DNA from: Mobula hypostoma
Lineage: Eukaryota
DNA: 64,000 nucleotides
Assembly (NCBI RefSeq): GCF_963921235.1
Contig: NC_086109.1
Coordinates: 3,846,001-3,910,000 of the forward strand
Direction: 5' to 3'
The translations under genes and the position numbers were made by a program. Below are positions 48,868-63,173 of this stretch, piece by piece; position 1 is the stretch's first letter; the number at the start of each line of letters is the position of its first letter. Under the pieces are notes generated by a model. It ran no database searches and was not told the DNA's origin. It worked only from the letters and a program-made list of their open reading frames with translations.

Positions 48868-49330
48868 CCTGAAACACCTGGACAACAAAGGTACATACGC
48901 CAGGAAGCCCTTTATCGATTACAGCTCAGCATTCAATACTAATAACTCCTCAAAACTAGTCAATAAGCTTCAAGACCTTGGCCTCAATACCTCCTTGTGC
49001 AATTGGATCCTTGATTTCCTCACTTGCAGACCCCACTCAGTTCGGATTGGCAACAACACCTCTTCCATGATCTCCACCTGCATAAGTGCATCACAAGGCT
49101 GTGTCCTTAGCCATCTTCTCTACTCACTTTACAGTTATGTCTTTGAGGCTAAGCACATCTCCAATACCACATTTACATTTGCTGACAACACCATCGTAGG
49201 CCGAATCAAAGGTGGTGGGTGGTGATGAATCAACAGATAGGAGGGAGATTGAAAATCTGACTGTGGTGCCATAACAATAACCTCATATTTGATGTCAGCA
49301 AGACCAAGGAGTTGATTATTGACTTCAATA
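48868..49330 (+). mobile_element. Rex1/Babar-like RT fragment
   Basis: [46 protein letters not shown] and FADNT (decayed FADD motif). Confidence 0.88.
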
Positions 49331-51238
49331 AGTGTCCATTTCCATGAAAGTGGCAACACGGTAGGCAGAGAGGTGAAGAAGGCACTTACATCAACTATAG
49401 AAGTTAGTATGTCATGTAAATTGTTGGCGTATTTCAGCTCTGGGTGCCACACTATAGAAATTATATGTTTGAACTAGGAGGATGCAGAAAAAATTCACCA
49501 GAATGTTTCTGGGACTTAATCAGAGAGGTAGGAGGCTGTGACTTTTTCTCGTAGAACGAAGAAGGCTGAGAGGTGACCTGATAGATGGGGCGAAGATAAG
49601 GTGGAAGGTCACAGGTTAGGGGAATCTAAAACCAGAGACTGCAAGTGTAAAACCATGAAATAGGAGCAGATCAAGATGCTCAGCCATTCCATCATGGCTG
49701 AAAAGGGAAATAGATCAACCAAGATGAAATGGTGGAGCAGACTCAGTGGGTCAAATGGCTGAATTCTGCTCCTTTATCTTATAGTCATATGAATGATTTA
49801 TTATCTCACGGAACTCGCTTTTCCTCGTAACCTTTGACACCCTGACTAGTCAAGAATCTATCAACCTCTCTTTTAGATATACACAATAAATTGGCCTCCA
49901 CAACCATTTGTGGCAATAAATTCCACAGATTCATTACCCTCTGGTTAAAGAAATTCCTCCTCATCTCTGTTCTAAGGGGATGTCTTCCTATTTTGAGGCT
50001 ATGCCCTCTGGTCCTAGACTCCACGTAATAGGAAATTCCTCTCCATGCCAGCTCTAGATCTTTCAATATTCAGTGGGTTTAAAGAGAGAAGGTAATAATT
50101 TAAGGAGGCAAGTTTTCCTCACAGAGAGGTGATGTGTGTATGGAACAAGCTGCCAGAGGAAGTGGTAGACAACTGCAATGTGTAAGAGACATTTGGACAG
50201 GTTTGTGGATAGGAAAGGTTCCGGGTGATATGGACCAAACACAGGCAGGTAGGACTGGTGTAGATCTGCATCACTGTTGGTACCTTGGGGAGCTGCCCTC
50301 GGGGCGGTTTGATGCAATGCTCTCTGTGCCTATGAACCTGCTGACTGTCTGAAGAGGAACAGCTATAAACTGGAATTGTGTTGATGGCAGCTTTGGCTCT
50401 ACGTGTGTACATGGATTGGAAAACCAGCAAGCCCTCTCTATTCATATCCCTTTATTAAGTCAGCCTGTGTCTCTGAGGTGTTCCAATTTGCTCTCAACCC
50501 AAGGACAGCAAGGCTAAATATGGATTGATTAGTCTCATCAGAGTTTGTTCTGTTCAGTTCACGCCAGCAGCTGGGGATGGCTAATGGCATCTTGCAGTAT
50601 GAGCAAGTCACTGGCATTGAAGATCTTATTACTACAGTTGATATACATCGAACATATCATTTGTCTGCTGTGTGTAACCTATTGTAACATAGCACAGTAC
50701 AGTCCTTTGGGCCCAAAATGTTGTGCCGACCTTTTAACCTACTCCAAGATCAACCTTACCCTTCCATCCCACATCCATGTACACACTTAAGAGTTTTTTA
50801 AATATCCCTAATCTATCTGCCTCTACTACCACCCCTAGCAGGGCATTCCAAACATTCATTACTCTCTGTGTGAAAAAAACTTACCTCTGACATCCCCCTT
50901 TTACAGTACTCTCCTCCAATCACCCTAAAGTGATGCCCCTGACTTTAGCCATTTCTGCCCTGGAGAAAAGTCTCCTGCTGTTCACTCAATCTACGCCTCT
51001 CATCAAGTCACCTCTCATCCTCCTTCACTCCAAAGAGAAAAGCTTGAGCTTTCTTAACCTTATCTCATAAAACATGCTTTCTAATCCAGATAACATCCTG
51101 GTAAAATCCCTACTGCACCTTCTCTAAAGCTTGTATCTACTGTAAAGTTTTACTGAAATGTTTCCACTGCAGAGAATTCTCAATGCTGAACTGGCGGTCT
51201 AGATAGAAGAAAGTCGAACCAGACTACCAGCCCCATGA

Positions 51239-51433
<195 letters not shown>

Positions 51434-52045
51434 TAATCAGCCCAGCCGAGCAGTAAGTTATTCCAGTATACTCTGTGCGGGACCAGTCAAGGTTCCCAGT
51501 CTCCTGGTATCCATGATTCCAACCTACCACCCCACCCCACCCCCACCCACCAGGACCACACATTCCAAGGGAGCTTCATTTCCCTGGAACCGATGTCCCT
51601 TGTGGTCTTCACTTCCTCACCGTCCCCCACCGCCAGGCACACATTCCCAGTAACCTGTTATCATCTAAGGTCCTTGTTCCATGACACTATTGTCAGCAAG
51701 GAACTGTGTTCCCCAAGGAGCCAAGCATTCACTGGTAGTCCTCATTCCCCAGGGCTGTCATCCGGCTGGAGATTCTTCCACACTCTGCCAACCACTGACC
51801 CTGGTGCAACGTAGCGAGCTGGACAATGCCTCGTGGAATTCGAGGAGCAGCTGTCCCTCCCTGTCCCACATTGTAAGCTGCATCAGGGTATCAATCACAC
51901 CCAGTCATTGTCCTCCTGATGCTGAAGCCTGCCCTCAGCATATCCATCCCATATCTGCCCAAAGGTGGCACTCCAGCTGCCCCAAGCACTTCCAATATCA
52001 GAGTATGGCTGTAGGTCTGAGTGAGTGAAAAATCTGCAGTGCATA

Positions 52046-53560
52046 CAGCTGCAAGGAAAGGTTTGTCAACCCTTTGCCATTACCTGGTTTTCTGCACTAA
52101 TTACTCATAAAATGTGTCTGATATTCATCTAAGTCACAATAATAGACAAGCACAATCTGCCTAAAATAATAACACACTTGTGAAGGCCAGGAGCTGGACT
52201 TAGTTGCCAGAGGCTACTTGAAGTGGATGTTATTGGGAGCATTTACTAAATAGTGGGAACTTGTCCATTACCACCACTGGCTACAACAACCATTTCTATT
52301 AACAGGAGAAGGGACAAAGGTAGGTTACTGGTGCCTTAAAACCCGTCGCTTTGAGCAGATGGGGCTTGTCAGCCACAGTTGGCAGCTCATCTAGCAGAAG
52401 GAAAACTCTGATCTCAAATCTCCGCCGCTTTGCGGCTACACCCACCCATGAGGAAGGCTTCGGGAGTAAACTCCGAGGGAAAAATCTGGAGCTAAGGCAG
52501 TCCTACATTGAGTTTAATGCTGACTGGCAATTCCTGCAACTGTGCTGGTACCAAACTGTGATGGTCTCTGCCACTTTTGGGTTCATCAGATGTGTGGAGA
52601 GGGGAGCTTGCGACGTGGGCAACAGCTTGCTCCCCGTATCGTACTGCCCAGGTTTGCGTATCTAGACAGCTAGGACGTAACATCCATGATCGCCCTGACC
52701 GACGGAGGCCTCACTTACTCGTTCACTCACTCAATAACACACAAACAACTGTACTTCTCATCAATACTGGGCACACCATTTAAACAATCGCAGTCTAGGT
52801 TCAAAAAAAGGTCTGTGAGTATCTATGGTAATGCCTTCTACAAAAGCTGTTTGGTGTCAGGTGTTCCAATTGTGTTGAAACTGGAGGTGTGGGTTGTGGA
52901 GGTGCCCTACCTTATAACGAAGACACACAATGTCAGGTTACTGACAGTCTGCTCTTCTCAAGAAAGATCTGTTTATGTGCACCATTCCACGATCAAAACA
53001 ACTTTCAGAGGATCTAGAAGAAGGATTGTAGAGATGCAAGAAACTGAAAAAGGCAAAAAAAAAAGCATTTCTAAAGACCTGAATGTTCATCAGTCTACAG
53101 TAAGAGAAATTTATGTTTAGGAATGGCCAAGTCGGAGTCTAGACCATAACACAATGGAGATGCTGTAGCATGACCTGAAGGTGGCTGTTCATGCAAGATA
53201 TCCCAAAAATATTGATGAACTGAAACAGTTTTGTATGGAGAAGTGGTCTAAAATTCCTCCTTGCCACCATGCAAGTCTGATTAGCAGTTACAGGAAATGC
53301 TTGGTGGAGGTTATTGCTGCTAAAGGAGGTTCTACCAGTTATTAAATTCAGGGGTTCACATTTCTTTTCCAGTCTGGACAGTGAATGATTAAACAATGTG
53401 TTCAATAAAGACGAGAAAAGTACAATTGTTTATGTGCTGATAGTTTAGGTGGATTGTGTTTGTCTATTATTGTGACTTAGATGAAGATCAGACCATATAT
53501 TATGAGTAATGTAGAAAACCAGGTAATTGCAAAGAGTTAACAAACTTTTTCTTGCAACTG
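52046..53560 (+). mobile_element. Internally deleted Tc1-family DNA transposon with long TIRs and TA TSD
   Basis: TA|CAGCTGCAAGGAAAGGTTTG ... CAAACTTTTTCTTGCAACTG|TA, with TIR similarity over about 150 bp. Transposase N-terminus RRRIVEMQE..KSISKDLNVHQSTVREIY is fused to C-terminus EWPSRSLDHNTMEML*HDLK..LKQFCMEKWSKIP..VIAAKGGSTSY*. Confidence 0.92.
52178..52732 (+). mobile_element. Non-LTR (RTE-related, family C) insertion inside the Tc1 left TIR
   Basis: AATAACACAC direct repeats (52168-52177, 52733-52742), a (TCAC)n-like tail and a GAAGGAAAACTCTGA leader motif. The TIR resumes after the insert. Confidence 0.75.
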
Positions 53561-53637
53561 TACATCACTGCTCTGACACAAATGGCTGGTGTTGTCCATA
53601 ATGAGGTGAACTCATGTTACTTCTCACTGTGTGCCAG

Positions 53638-53906
53638 GTCCCAGGGAATGGGCAGCAGAGTGTGGAGAAAGCTCTCAAACTCTTTGGGCAACTCATCAAC
53701 AACAAAACCTTCCTGTTAACATTCATTCGGACGCTGGAGTTACAGAGGAGTTTCTCCATGAGGGACCGAGGGAATGTGGCATCTCTGATCATGACAGCAC
53801 TTCAGGGAAAGCTAGAGTACGCCACGGACGTGCTGAAACACCTGTTGTCTGACCTGATCGAGAAAAACCTCGAGAGCAAGAACCACCCCAAACTGCTGCT
53901 TCGCAG
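53638..53906 (+). CDS. PLXNA2: Plexin-A2 coding exon (GAP C1 segment), 269 bp
   Basis: gccAG acceptor, GTAAGA donor. Reads [89 protein letters not shown](R). Confidence 0.97.
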
Positions 53907-56900
53907 GTAAGAGTAATGCTCTTGGGCGAGGTTGTACGTTAGTGGACTATTTGATTTTGAACGTTTGCCGACAACATGAAAGTTAGCTGACTTGTAGAGA
54001 TGGAGAAATGGCAGCTGGAGTTTGGTAGACTTGTGGATACGGAGAAATGCTGAAATAGTATGAGGTGCTATACTTTTGGAGGTCATATAGAATCATAGAA
54101 AAATACAGCACAGAAATAGACCCTTTGGCCCTTCTAGTCCTGGCCAAGCCATTTAACATGCCAGTGACCTGCACCTGGACCATACCCCTCCATACACCTC
54201 CATCCACCTCCATCCATGTACCTGTCCAAACTCCTCTTAAACATTGAAATTGAGCTTGCATGCACCACTTGCACTGGAAGCTCGTTCCACACTCTCACCA
54301 TCCTCTGAGTGAAGAGGTTTCCCCTCCTGCTCCCCTTAAACATTTCACCTTTCACCCTTAACACATGACCTCTAGTTGTAAGAGGCAGGTATGCAGTAAA
54401 TGGCAGGACCTTTAGGAGCTGTGATGCACAGAGGGGTCTTGGGTTGCAAGTCCATTCCTCCCTAAAGTGGCAACTGAAGTAGGTTGGATGATAAAGGAGT
54501 ATCAGTATGGCATGCTTGCTATCATTGGCTGCAGCATTGAGTACATAAACTGCCAAATCATGTTGCAACTGTATCAACCTTTAGTTCAGCCACTCTTGAA
54601 GTAAGTAAGATCAAGGGATTGATTGTGGGCTTCTGGAAGGGGAAGTGAGAACACTTATTGAGGGGTCTACGAGGAAAGAGTGAGCAGCTTCAAGTTCCTG
54701 GGTCTCAACATACCAGACAATCTATCCTGGATCTAACATATTGCTGTGATCATGAAGGCACGTCAGTAGCTATAATTCATTCGGAGTTTAAGGAGATTTG
54801 GTATGTTTCCAAAGACTCTAACACATTTCTACTGATGTACCATGGAGAACTTTCAGACCAATTGCACCAGAGCCCGGTGTGGAGGCTCCAATGCTCGTTC
54901 ATTCGTTCTTTATGTACCGTGTCATATGACATGGATGGTCATGGTCTTTCCATGACAATGTTTGTTCTTGGCAAATCTCTCGGGGGTGCTAAGCAAGTGC
55001 TATCCTTGCCCAAGGGTGCCCTGCAGGCTAGCAGAGGGAGGGAGTGTCTCAAACTTCCTTCAATAGAGGCCCTCGCCAGCCAATGCACAGGACCAAAAAC
55101 AGCTGCAGTGGGTTGCAGATTCTCCACCATTAGGGACATCTTCAAAAGACGATGCCTCAGAAAGGTGGCAGACCTCATTGAGGACCCTCACCATCTGGGA
55201 CATGCCCACTTCTTATCACTACTAGCAAGGAAGAGATACAGGACAATGAAGACCCAAACTCAACTTTTTAGGAACAGCTTCTTCCCCTCCACCATCACAG
55301 TTCTGAATGGTCCACGAATCCATGAGCACTACCTTACTATTTAGCTCTCTTTGCATAATCTTTATTTATTTATCAACATTCAGCACAGAGTAGACTCTTC
55401 TAGCCCTTTGAACCATGCTTCCCAACAATTCTCCAATTTAATCCTAGCCTAGTCAGGGACATTTACAATGACCAATTAATCTACCAACTGGTACATCATT
55501 GGACTGTGGGAAGAAACAGGAGCACCTGGAGGAAACCCAAGTGGTCATGTGGAGAACACACAAACCTCTTTCAGGCAGTGGTGGGAATTGAACCCGGGTC
55601 TCGGTAACTGTAAAGCGTTGTGCTAACCACCACACTACCGAGCCTCTCTATTTTTATCTTTATTTCCAATAGTAACCTATAGTAGTTTTTTTATGTATTG
55701 CACTGGACTGCTGCACAAAACAATGATCACAACACACCGTATGTCAGTCATAATGCATCTGATTCTGACTCTGAGTACTGTATGTAGTTCCAGTTGATAT
55801 CAGAGGCTTTGGAGAGTGTGCAGAAGAGGTTCACCAGGATGTTGCCTGGATTAGAGAGTATTTGCTATAAGGAAAGGTTGGACAAACTTGGGTTGTTTTC
55901 TCTGGAGTATTGGAGGCTAAGGGGAGACCTGAAAGAAGGTTATAACAGTATGAGAGGCATAGATAGGGTAGATGGTCAGAAGTTCTTCCTCCAAGTGGAG
56001 ATTCAAAAGACTAGTGGAATAGGTATAAGATTCTGACAGGCAGCATCACTGTCTGGTATGGGGGTGGGGTGGCTACTGCACAGGCCCGAAAGAACTGCAG
56101 AGGATTGTAAGTTTAGTCAGCTCCATCTTGGACATCTTCAAGGAGCGGTGTCTCAGAAAGGCAGTGTCCATTATTAAGGACCTCCAGCACCCAGGGCATG
56201 CTCTTTTCTCACTGTTACCATCAGGTAGGAGGTACAGAAGCCTGAAGGCACACACTCAGTGATTCAAGAACTTCTTCCCCTCTGCCATCCGATTCCTAAA
56301 CAGGCATTGAATCCTTGCACACACCCTCATTTTTTAAATATATATTATTTCTGTTTTTGCATGGTTTTTAATCTATTTATTATATGTATACTGTAATTGA
56401 TTTACTTCTTTATTTATTTGTTTTCTTCTTCTAGATCATGTATTGCATTGAACTGCTGCTGCTAAGTTAACAAATTTCATGACACATGCCAGTGATAATA
56501 AGCCTGATTCTGATTCAGATGAGAGGGAGGGGGAGTTTAAAGCAGATGTGCGAGGCAAGGTTTGTTTGACACGGAGTGGAGGGATGCAATAGCAATGTTT
56601 GAGAGGCATGGAGACACGTTTGGCATCATAGTCAGTGCGGATGTTATGGACTGAAGAGTTTGTTCCTGTGCTGCGTACTGTTCTGTGTTCAATAACAGAG
56701 CAGAATGGGGGACTGTACATGCTGTGTTGGCACTGTGGGCGGCCCCCTTGGGTCGTTAATGCAAACAGTACATTTCAATGCCACCTGATAAATAAATTAA
56801 TCTGAATAAATCTGCATCTGGAGGAATCTTTACACCTTTTAATTGGATATCCAGTGAGTTAGCTCAAAGGTAAGAAGCACATTGCAAATGCAGAGCCAGA

Positions 56901-59274
56901 TTCAAGATTGCTTAATGTCATTTCCAGTGCACAAGCGTAAAGGTGAACAAAAAATTGTTACACCGGATCTGATGCAGCACCAGAAATAAAACACAGTAGG
57001 ATAAAGAGTACAATAATTAAAAATACAATACATATAAATAAATAAAATAGCTTGTACACATAGATTAATTGTACTGCCATGTAGTGACGCTAGGCATTAG
57101 GTCTGCACATAAGGTGCCTCTGACAGGAAAGGATAAAGTAGTGGAGGTGGGGGTGTGGAGGTGTTGATCAGCCTTACTGCTTGGGGAAAGTAGTGTTTTT
57201 GAGTTTGGCTGCCCTGACGTGGATGCTACGTAGCCTCCTCCCTGATGGGAGTGGGACAGACAGTCCATGAGAGGCTTTGCTCTGCTACTCTTTCAACAAG
57301 AGTACAGGAGTAGCTTGTTCTTTTGAATATCTGGGAAAGGAATAGATTGTTGCAAGGACGTGTTCAATATGTGCAGCAGTTCCCCACACCAGAGAACCTT
57401 GGATAATCCATACATGCTTCTTTTTTTGAGACGCGAAGTTAGCATGTATTTGCTTTCCAACAAGGAAGTGCTGTATGGAATTCCAATCCTGTCTGCTCCA
57501 GCGGAATATGTCAATTCTTGGATTTGTTACCAGGCAACAAGGTGCCTGCTCTGAGGAGAACCCTATGGTTGGCTTTGCTCTGTGTCGCTGGAGCTTCAAC
57601 AGATTATGGAATCGATCTTAAGGATGTAAATCAGATAAAAATAGAGAAGCAATTCAATTAAAGGAAAAATTAATTTGTTTTATTTTTCATATCATAGCTT
57701 AATAAATATCAAAATGTTTATTTATTTAGCATTACAGTGTGGAGTGGGCCCTTCCAGCCCTACGAGCCACACCACCCGACAAATCCAATTAACCCTCACC
57801 CAACCACGGGACATTGTACAATGACTAATAAACCTACCCGGTAAGTATTTGGACTGTGCGAGGAAACTGAGGGACACAGAGAAGGCTCATACATTTTACG
57901 GGGAGGACGTACAGAGACTCCTCACAAAATGGCACCGGAATTGAGCTCTGAACCCTGGCATGCCCCGGGCTGTAACTGCGTCGCGCTAACCGGGGTTCCA
58001 CATGCAGTCAGGCGTCTCCATTTGGAAAGGGCACAGGTTGACATCCTGACAGCAGAGTGTGATGTTTAGTCCAAGAGCTGCTTTCTGTCATTTGACAAGA
58101 GATCGATGTGTCACTGTGTCGTGCAATATGCATAATGTATTACAACATGAAAAATAAACAGCTCGCTAATTACCGTGGCAACTCGTCTCAAAAGGATGAA
58201 GTGTCTCTTGCATCAAAGTCTGTCAGTGATGGATGGTAAAGGACAGACCCACGTGTTCGGGAAGAGTAAAACAAAGATAAAGATTAGCTTTATTTGCACG
58301 TTGAAACATACAGCAAAATGCAGTCAGTGCATGAAATCAAATCAGCAAGGATTTTGCTCGACAGCCCACAAGTGTCGCTACGCTTCCCGCGCCACGTAGC
58401 GCGCCCACAACTCACGGAGCCAAGCCTGTGCGTCCTGGGAAGGTGGGAGGAAACCAGAGAACCTGGAAGAAACCCATGCAGAACGGTGGGAGGTACAGAC
58501 AACTGCTCTTCCTTCGAGGCTGTGCGGTAACGGAAATGCTTCGCCTTTTCTTATGCTCAGCTCCTCCTATACGTCTGTTCAGCGATCAGCAGAGGAATGC
58601 ATCTCTGTTTGTCCCACTCCCATCAAGGAGGAGGCTATGTAGCATCCACACCGGGACCACCAGCCTCGGAAACAGAAGAGAAACGTTTGTGAAATTTGTC
58701 GTCTTTGCAGCGGCAGTAACCTGCAATGCAATAACAATAGGGAAGAAGTGAATGCCCACAAGAAAATGAATCTCAGGGTTGTACGTGGTTCTTTGATAAT
58801 GAGTGAACTCTGTACAGATGCAGGAAGTCTAAAACACACAAAGTGCTGGAAATATTCAGCAGGTCAGCCAGCATCTGTGAAGAGAGGCACAGTTAATATT
58901 TCAGGTACAGAACACTTAATCAGAACTGGAACGGGGAGAAAATAAGTTAGTTTTCAGTCACAGAATAGGGAGGGGAGGAGGCAAAATTGAATCTCTTTCC
59001 TGGGGTTAGTGTAATGGTTTAACAGTCAGACAACATGTCTGATACCCATCCACACTAGGCCTGATTCCTTGAATTATTTAAGGAAGAGGTTGATGGGAAT
59101 CGAGGGACACGGAGCTGATGTGGGAAGAAGCACTGAGGTAAAAGTTCAGCCATGACCTTGATGAGGCACGGAGCAACTCAATGGGCTGAATGGTCTCCTG
59201 CTCCTGGTTCTGATCTTCTTACAGCCGAAGTAATGTGAGGTAATTAGAATAACAAGAACCCACAATCCACACCA

Positions 59275-60235
59275 CTCTCCCCAAAACCTACCCTACCCTC
59301 CTCCACACACCCACACAGCCCCACCCACATCTCCACCACCCTCCCCCACACACCCACGTACAGCCCCACTCACATCTCACCAACACCTCCCCCACACAAA
59401 CTCCACACCCCCACACAGCCCCACCATCCTCCCCCACATAAACTCCACACCCCCACACACAGCCCCACCCACATCTTCACCACCCTCCCCCTCACAAACT
59501 TCATACACCCTCATACAGCCCCATCCACATCTCCCCAACACCCCCCACACAAACCACTGACCCACGCACAGCCCCACCCACATCACCACCCTCCCCCTCA
59601 CAAACTCCACAGCCCCACCCACATCACCACCCTCCCCCTCACAAACTCCACACACCCACACACAGCCCCACCCACATCTCCACACCCCCACACACAGCCC
59701 CACACACACACCCACACACAGCCCCACACACAGCCCCACACACAGCCCCACACACACCCCCACACACACACCCACACACAGCCCCACACACAGCCCCACA
59801 CACACCCCCACACACACACCCACACACAGCCCCACCCACATCTCCACACCCCCACACACAGCCCCACACACACCCCCACACACACCCCCACACACAGCCC
59901 CACACACAGCCCCACACACACACCCACACACAGCCCCACACACAGCCCCACACACACACCCACACACAGCCCCACACACAGCCCCACACCCCCACACACA
60001 GCCCCACACACAGCCCCACACACACACCCACACACAGCCCCACACACAGCCCCACACACAGCCCCACACACACACCCACACACAGCCCCACACACAGCCC
60101 CACACACAGCCCCACACACACACCCACACACAGCCCCACACACAGCCCCACACACAGCCCCACACACACACCCACACACAGCCCCACACACACACCCACA
60201 CACAGCCCCACACACAGCCCCACCACCCTCCCCCA
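59275..60235. repeat. C/A-rich minisatellite, mainly 12-mer CCCCACACACAG and variants
   Basis: Direct reading; it explains the WGCV/CGAV/VGLC repeat ORFs. Confidence 0.97.
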
Positions 60236-62249
60236 TGCCACCGGTCCTCAGTGGATCCCGACCCTGATGGGAACCGGTCTCTTCTCACAGATGAACGTGT
60301 TCCAAGGTGTAACAGATCTCATGGTGGCTCGACCCTCCCTTTCCACCACCACCCATTATGTTGTGCAGACTTTGTAACCCACTCTAAGATCAGTCTAACC
60401 CACGAGTTCCCAGCTTTCGTTAATGACACGGGCCCCTACCATTAACCTAGGGGTCCATGGACCCTAAGTTTGGAACCCCTAATCTAAGGCCTCCCTCCCA
60501 CATAGCTCTCCATTTTTCTATCATCCATGTGCCTATCTAAGAGTCTCTTAAATCTTCCTAATGTGTCTGCCACTACCACCAACTAGCCCTGGCAGTGCAT
60601 TCCATGAAGTCACCGCTCTATGTGCATAAATCTTAACTCTGACTTCCCCCCTATACTTGCCTCCGATCACCTTAAAATTATGCCCCCTTGTATTTGCAAT
60701 TTCCACCTTGATAGAAGGTCTCTGGTTGTCCACTCAATCTTGCGTCACTTGTTTCTGCCGCTTAGTAAGGATGCAGTGCATCATGTCTTTGACGCTCTCT
60801 CTAGCTTCAAGAGTGACCTCTGCAGTGTGCAGACATGCTAATGCCAATTTTTAATTGAAGGCAGATGCAGAACCACTCTGTGTTCTGCTGAATGTTTGCT
60901 GTGGCTTCTCAGCTCAAATGTGGGGATGCCTCAGAGCTAAGGTATTCTCGAATGGTTTCCCTGCAAAGAGCACCAATGTTCATTTGAGCCTGTGTGAAAA
61001 GTTTCAACGTATGTTCAGTTCCGGAATAATGGGAACTGTGGTGGGGGTGTTTAATCTGAGAAAAACATGTTTGTGATTAAAACTGCTCATTTAGTTGTGG
61101 TGAGCACAATCTTGAAAGAAAATTGGTGTTATTTTTCCACTGGGCAGGGAAATATAGAATATTTGCTGTCACAGATGTTTTAGCCTCTGGCAAGGGTGTC
61201 AATCTTTGGTTCATGAACACTGTCAGGATTGAAGGATGGTACACTGCCCAGTACAACTTAATTATACTGTTGGGTAATCATTTAGATATCATTCAGAAGT
61301 GTTGCCCAATAATTTAGAAGTAGATTTATTGGGTGAAAGGATTGAATTGGAATTATGGGAAATTCATGATTTCCTTTTTAAAAAATTATTTTACAAAAAC
61401 AATATATTGCCCAGAAACTTATTTACTGCCTGATATACCCCTGATGTTTAGGGCAGCAATGGAGGTCCTCCATCTCAGGACTTCCTTCATCGTGTCAGTA
61501 GCTTCCTCTCAGTTTTCACCACTGTCAGTCATCCAAGTCCCAGGAATACCGTCACACTCAGGCATAGAAGGATTCTTCATTGCTGTTTCCATAACAATTT
61601 TGTTTTACCAGTCAGGGTTGTTAGCCCTGAGCTGAACCCCCAAATCTGGAGGAGCAGTGGACCCACCCTTTGACCTGTTTGGCATGGCTGACCCTACCAA
61701 GAGCCAAAGCACAAAACCCCGACTCCAGCCAACATGGCTCTCCAGGTCATTGAGGTACGCAAGCCTCCAAACCCAACAACAAGGTCATGGTCCTTGTGGA
61801 GGTTGCCCAGAAAAGCGTGTTGCATTTCAGGTGAGAGGGGGAAAGTCCAATGGAGATGTACAGGGCAGCGTTTTTTTTACATAGAGAGCAGTGGGTGCCT
61901 GGAATGTGTGCCAGGAGCGCAGCCGGAGACAAACAACACACTCAGACCCCACTTCACACTGAGGATGTGTTCCTCGGAGCTGGAGGGCTATGTAAATCTG
62001 TGCCATGTGGGGTCATTATAACTACGTAAATGGACATGTGTGCCTGATTAAAACATCAAACCGGAGATACATGATATATTATTTTACGTATACACAGTAG
62101 TTCGTGGAGTAACAAACACGCTGTACGTCAGTGGGGCAGCAACACATGACAGCAGCAGCGGAGGGAGGCGGGAAGTGGTTAGATCTTAGAGGAGAGACCA
62201 GGCTATGGGTCCTCCTCTAATATGGCTGATTCTTCAAGTAGATGTCGAG

Positions 62250-63030
62250 ATTTGACTGCCTTTTCTGAAGCTTGCCCTCATGAAGGAGTTCTCGGTTGTA
62301 GGAAATCACGTGGAGAACACCTCTCTTTGCCTTACTGCTTCGCTACCAGTCAGGGTCATTATCGATGAACTGGTCCATGATTTCTGTGATCTTGGTGATG
62401 CTAGTGCTGAGGAATTTTGTGGTGATGTTTATTGCTGGTGTTTTCTCTACTCCATTTGTGTCCTCAGATTCCCCCAGGATCTGCTGCTCTGCCAGTTCTC
62501 GAAGCTCTTCATTATTAAGGCTCTTGCTGTCTGCACTAGCTGCTTCATCGCAGGTTACTGTGTTGTTTAGATCTATCAAACCAACCTCTGCTGCTGCAAA
62601 TGTTACCAAAGTATCTTCTTTTTCTTCTTGAATATGACTGAAGATGCTTCTTGGCTTTTCCAGTATTATCAGCTGGCCTAGGGACATGTTTCGTTTTGTT
62701 TGGTCATCTACCCATACATTTAGTCCTAGTTCCCACTTTTTCAAGTAAGTGGCTTCTTGAACGAGTCACCTTCGATGATGGTAACTTTCAGGTTATCGTT
62801 GCATCTTGTCTGTATTGTTCTGATCATCGATGTGGCCAATTTCAAAGAGGACCGAGACCAACCAGATGCTCATCAGCTTCCAAACACCGTATCACTTGCC
62901 ACTTCACATCCATACTGATGCTTTCCCAAGACATCTTGGATGTTCTACCCTCCCTGGAGGTTTTCCAGACATTATGGGTGAAAAAAATGTTTACTGTAAC
63001 GGCAGCCGCTCTTGAGAAGTTTTAAGTGTT
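62250..63030 (-). mobile_element. pogo/Tigger transposase relic, internally deleted
   Basis: Minus strand: ESISMDVKWQVIRCLEADE..LKLATSMIRTI (psq-type HTH), LNVWVDDQTKRNMSLGQLIILEKPRSIF (CENP-B-type HTH), then a jump to the acidic C-terminus LNNEELRELAEQ..FIDNDPDW. Frameshifts present; no DDE domain. Confidence 0.75.
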
Positions 63031-63105
63031 CTTTAGAATGAATTTTTATCATTCTTAAAAATTTCAATAAAGAATTGAATAACCACGTTGTAACGAATCA
63101 GCGCC

Positions 63106-63173
63106 ATGCGGGGTGGCAGTATGCAGGGTGGCAGTATGCGGGGTGGCAGTATGCGGGGTGGCAGTCTGCGGGG
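63106..63173. repeat. 15-bp tandem repeat (ATGCGGGGTGGCAGT) x4.5
   Basis: Direct reading. Confidence 0.92.

Noticed and set aside
59377..60288. Cys/Gly/Val-rich 200-303 aa ORFs resembling keratin-associated or metallothionein-like proteins
   Set aside because: All three minus frames are open simply because the 12-bp repeat lacks stops; no independent gene signals.
62343..62744. Domesticated TIGD/CENP-B-like gene
   Set aside because: Frameshifted N-terminus and missing DDE domain indicate a decayed Tigger-like transposon.
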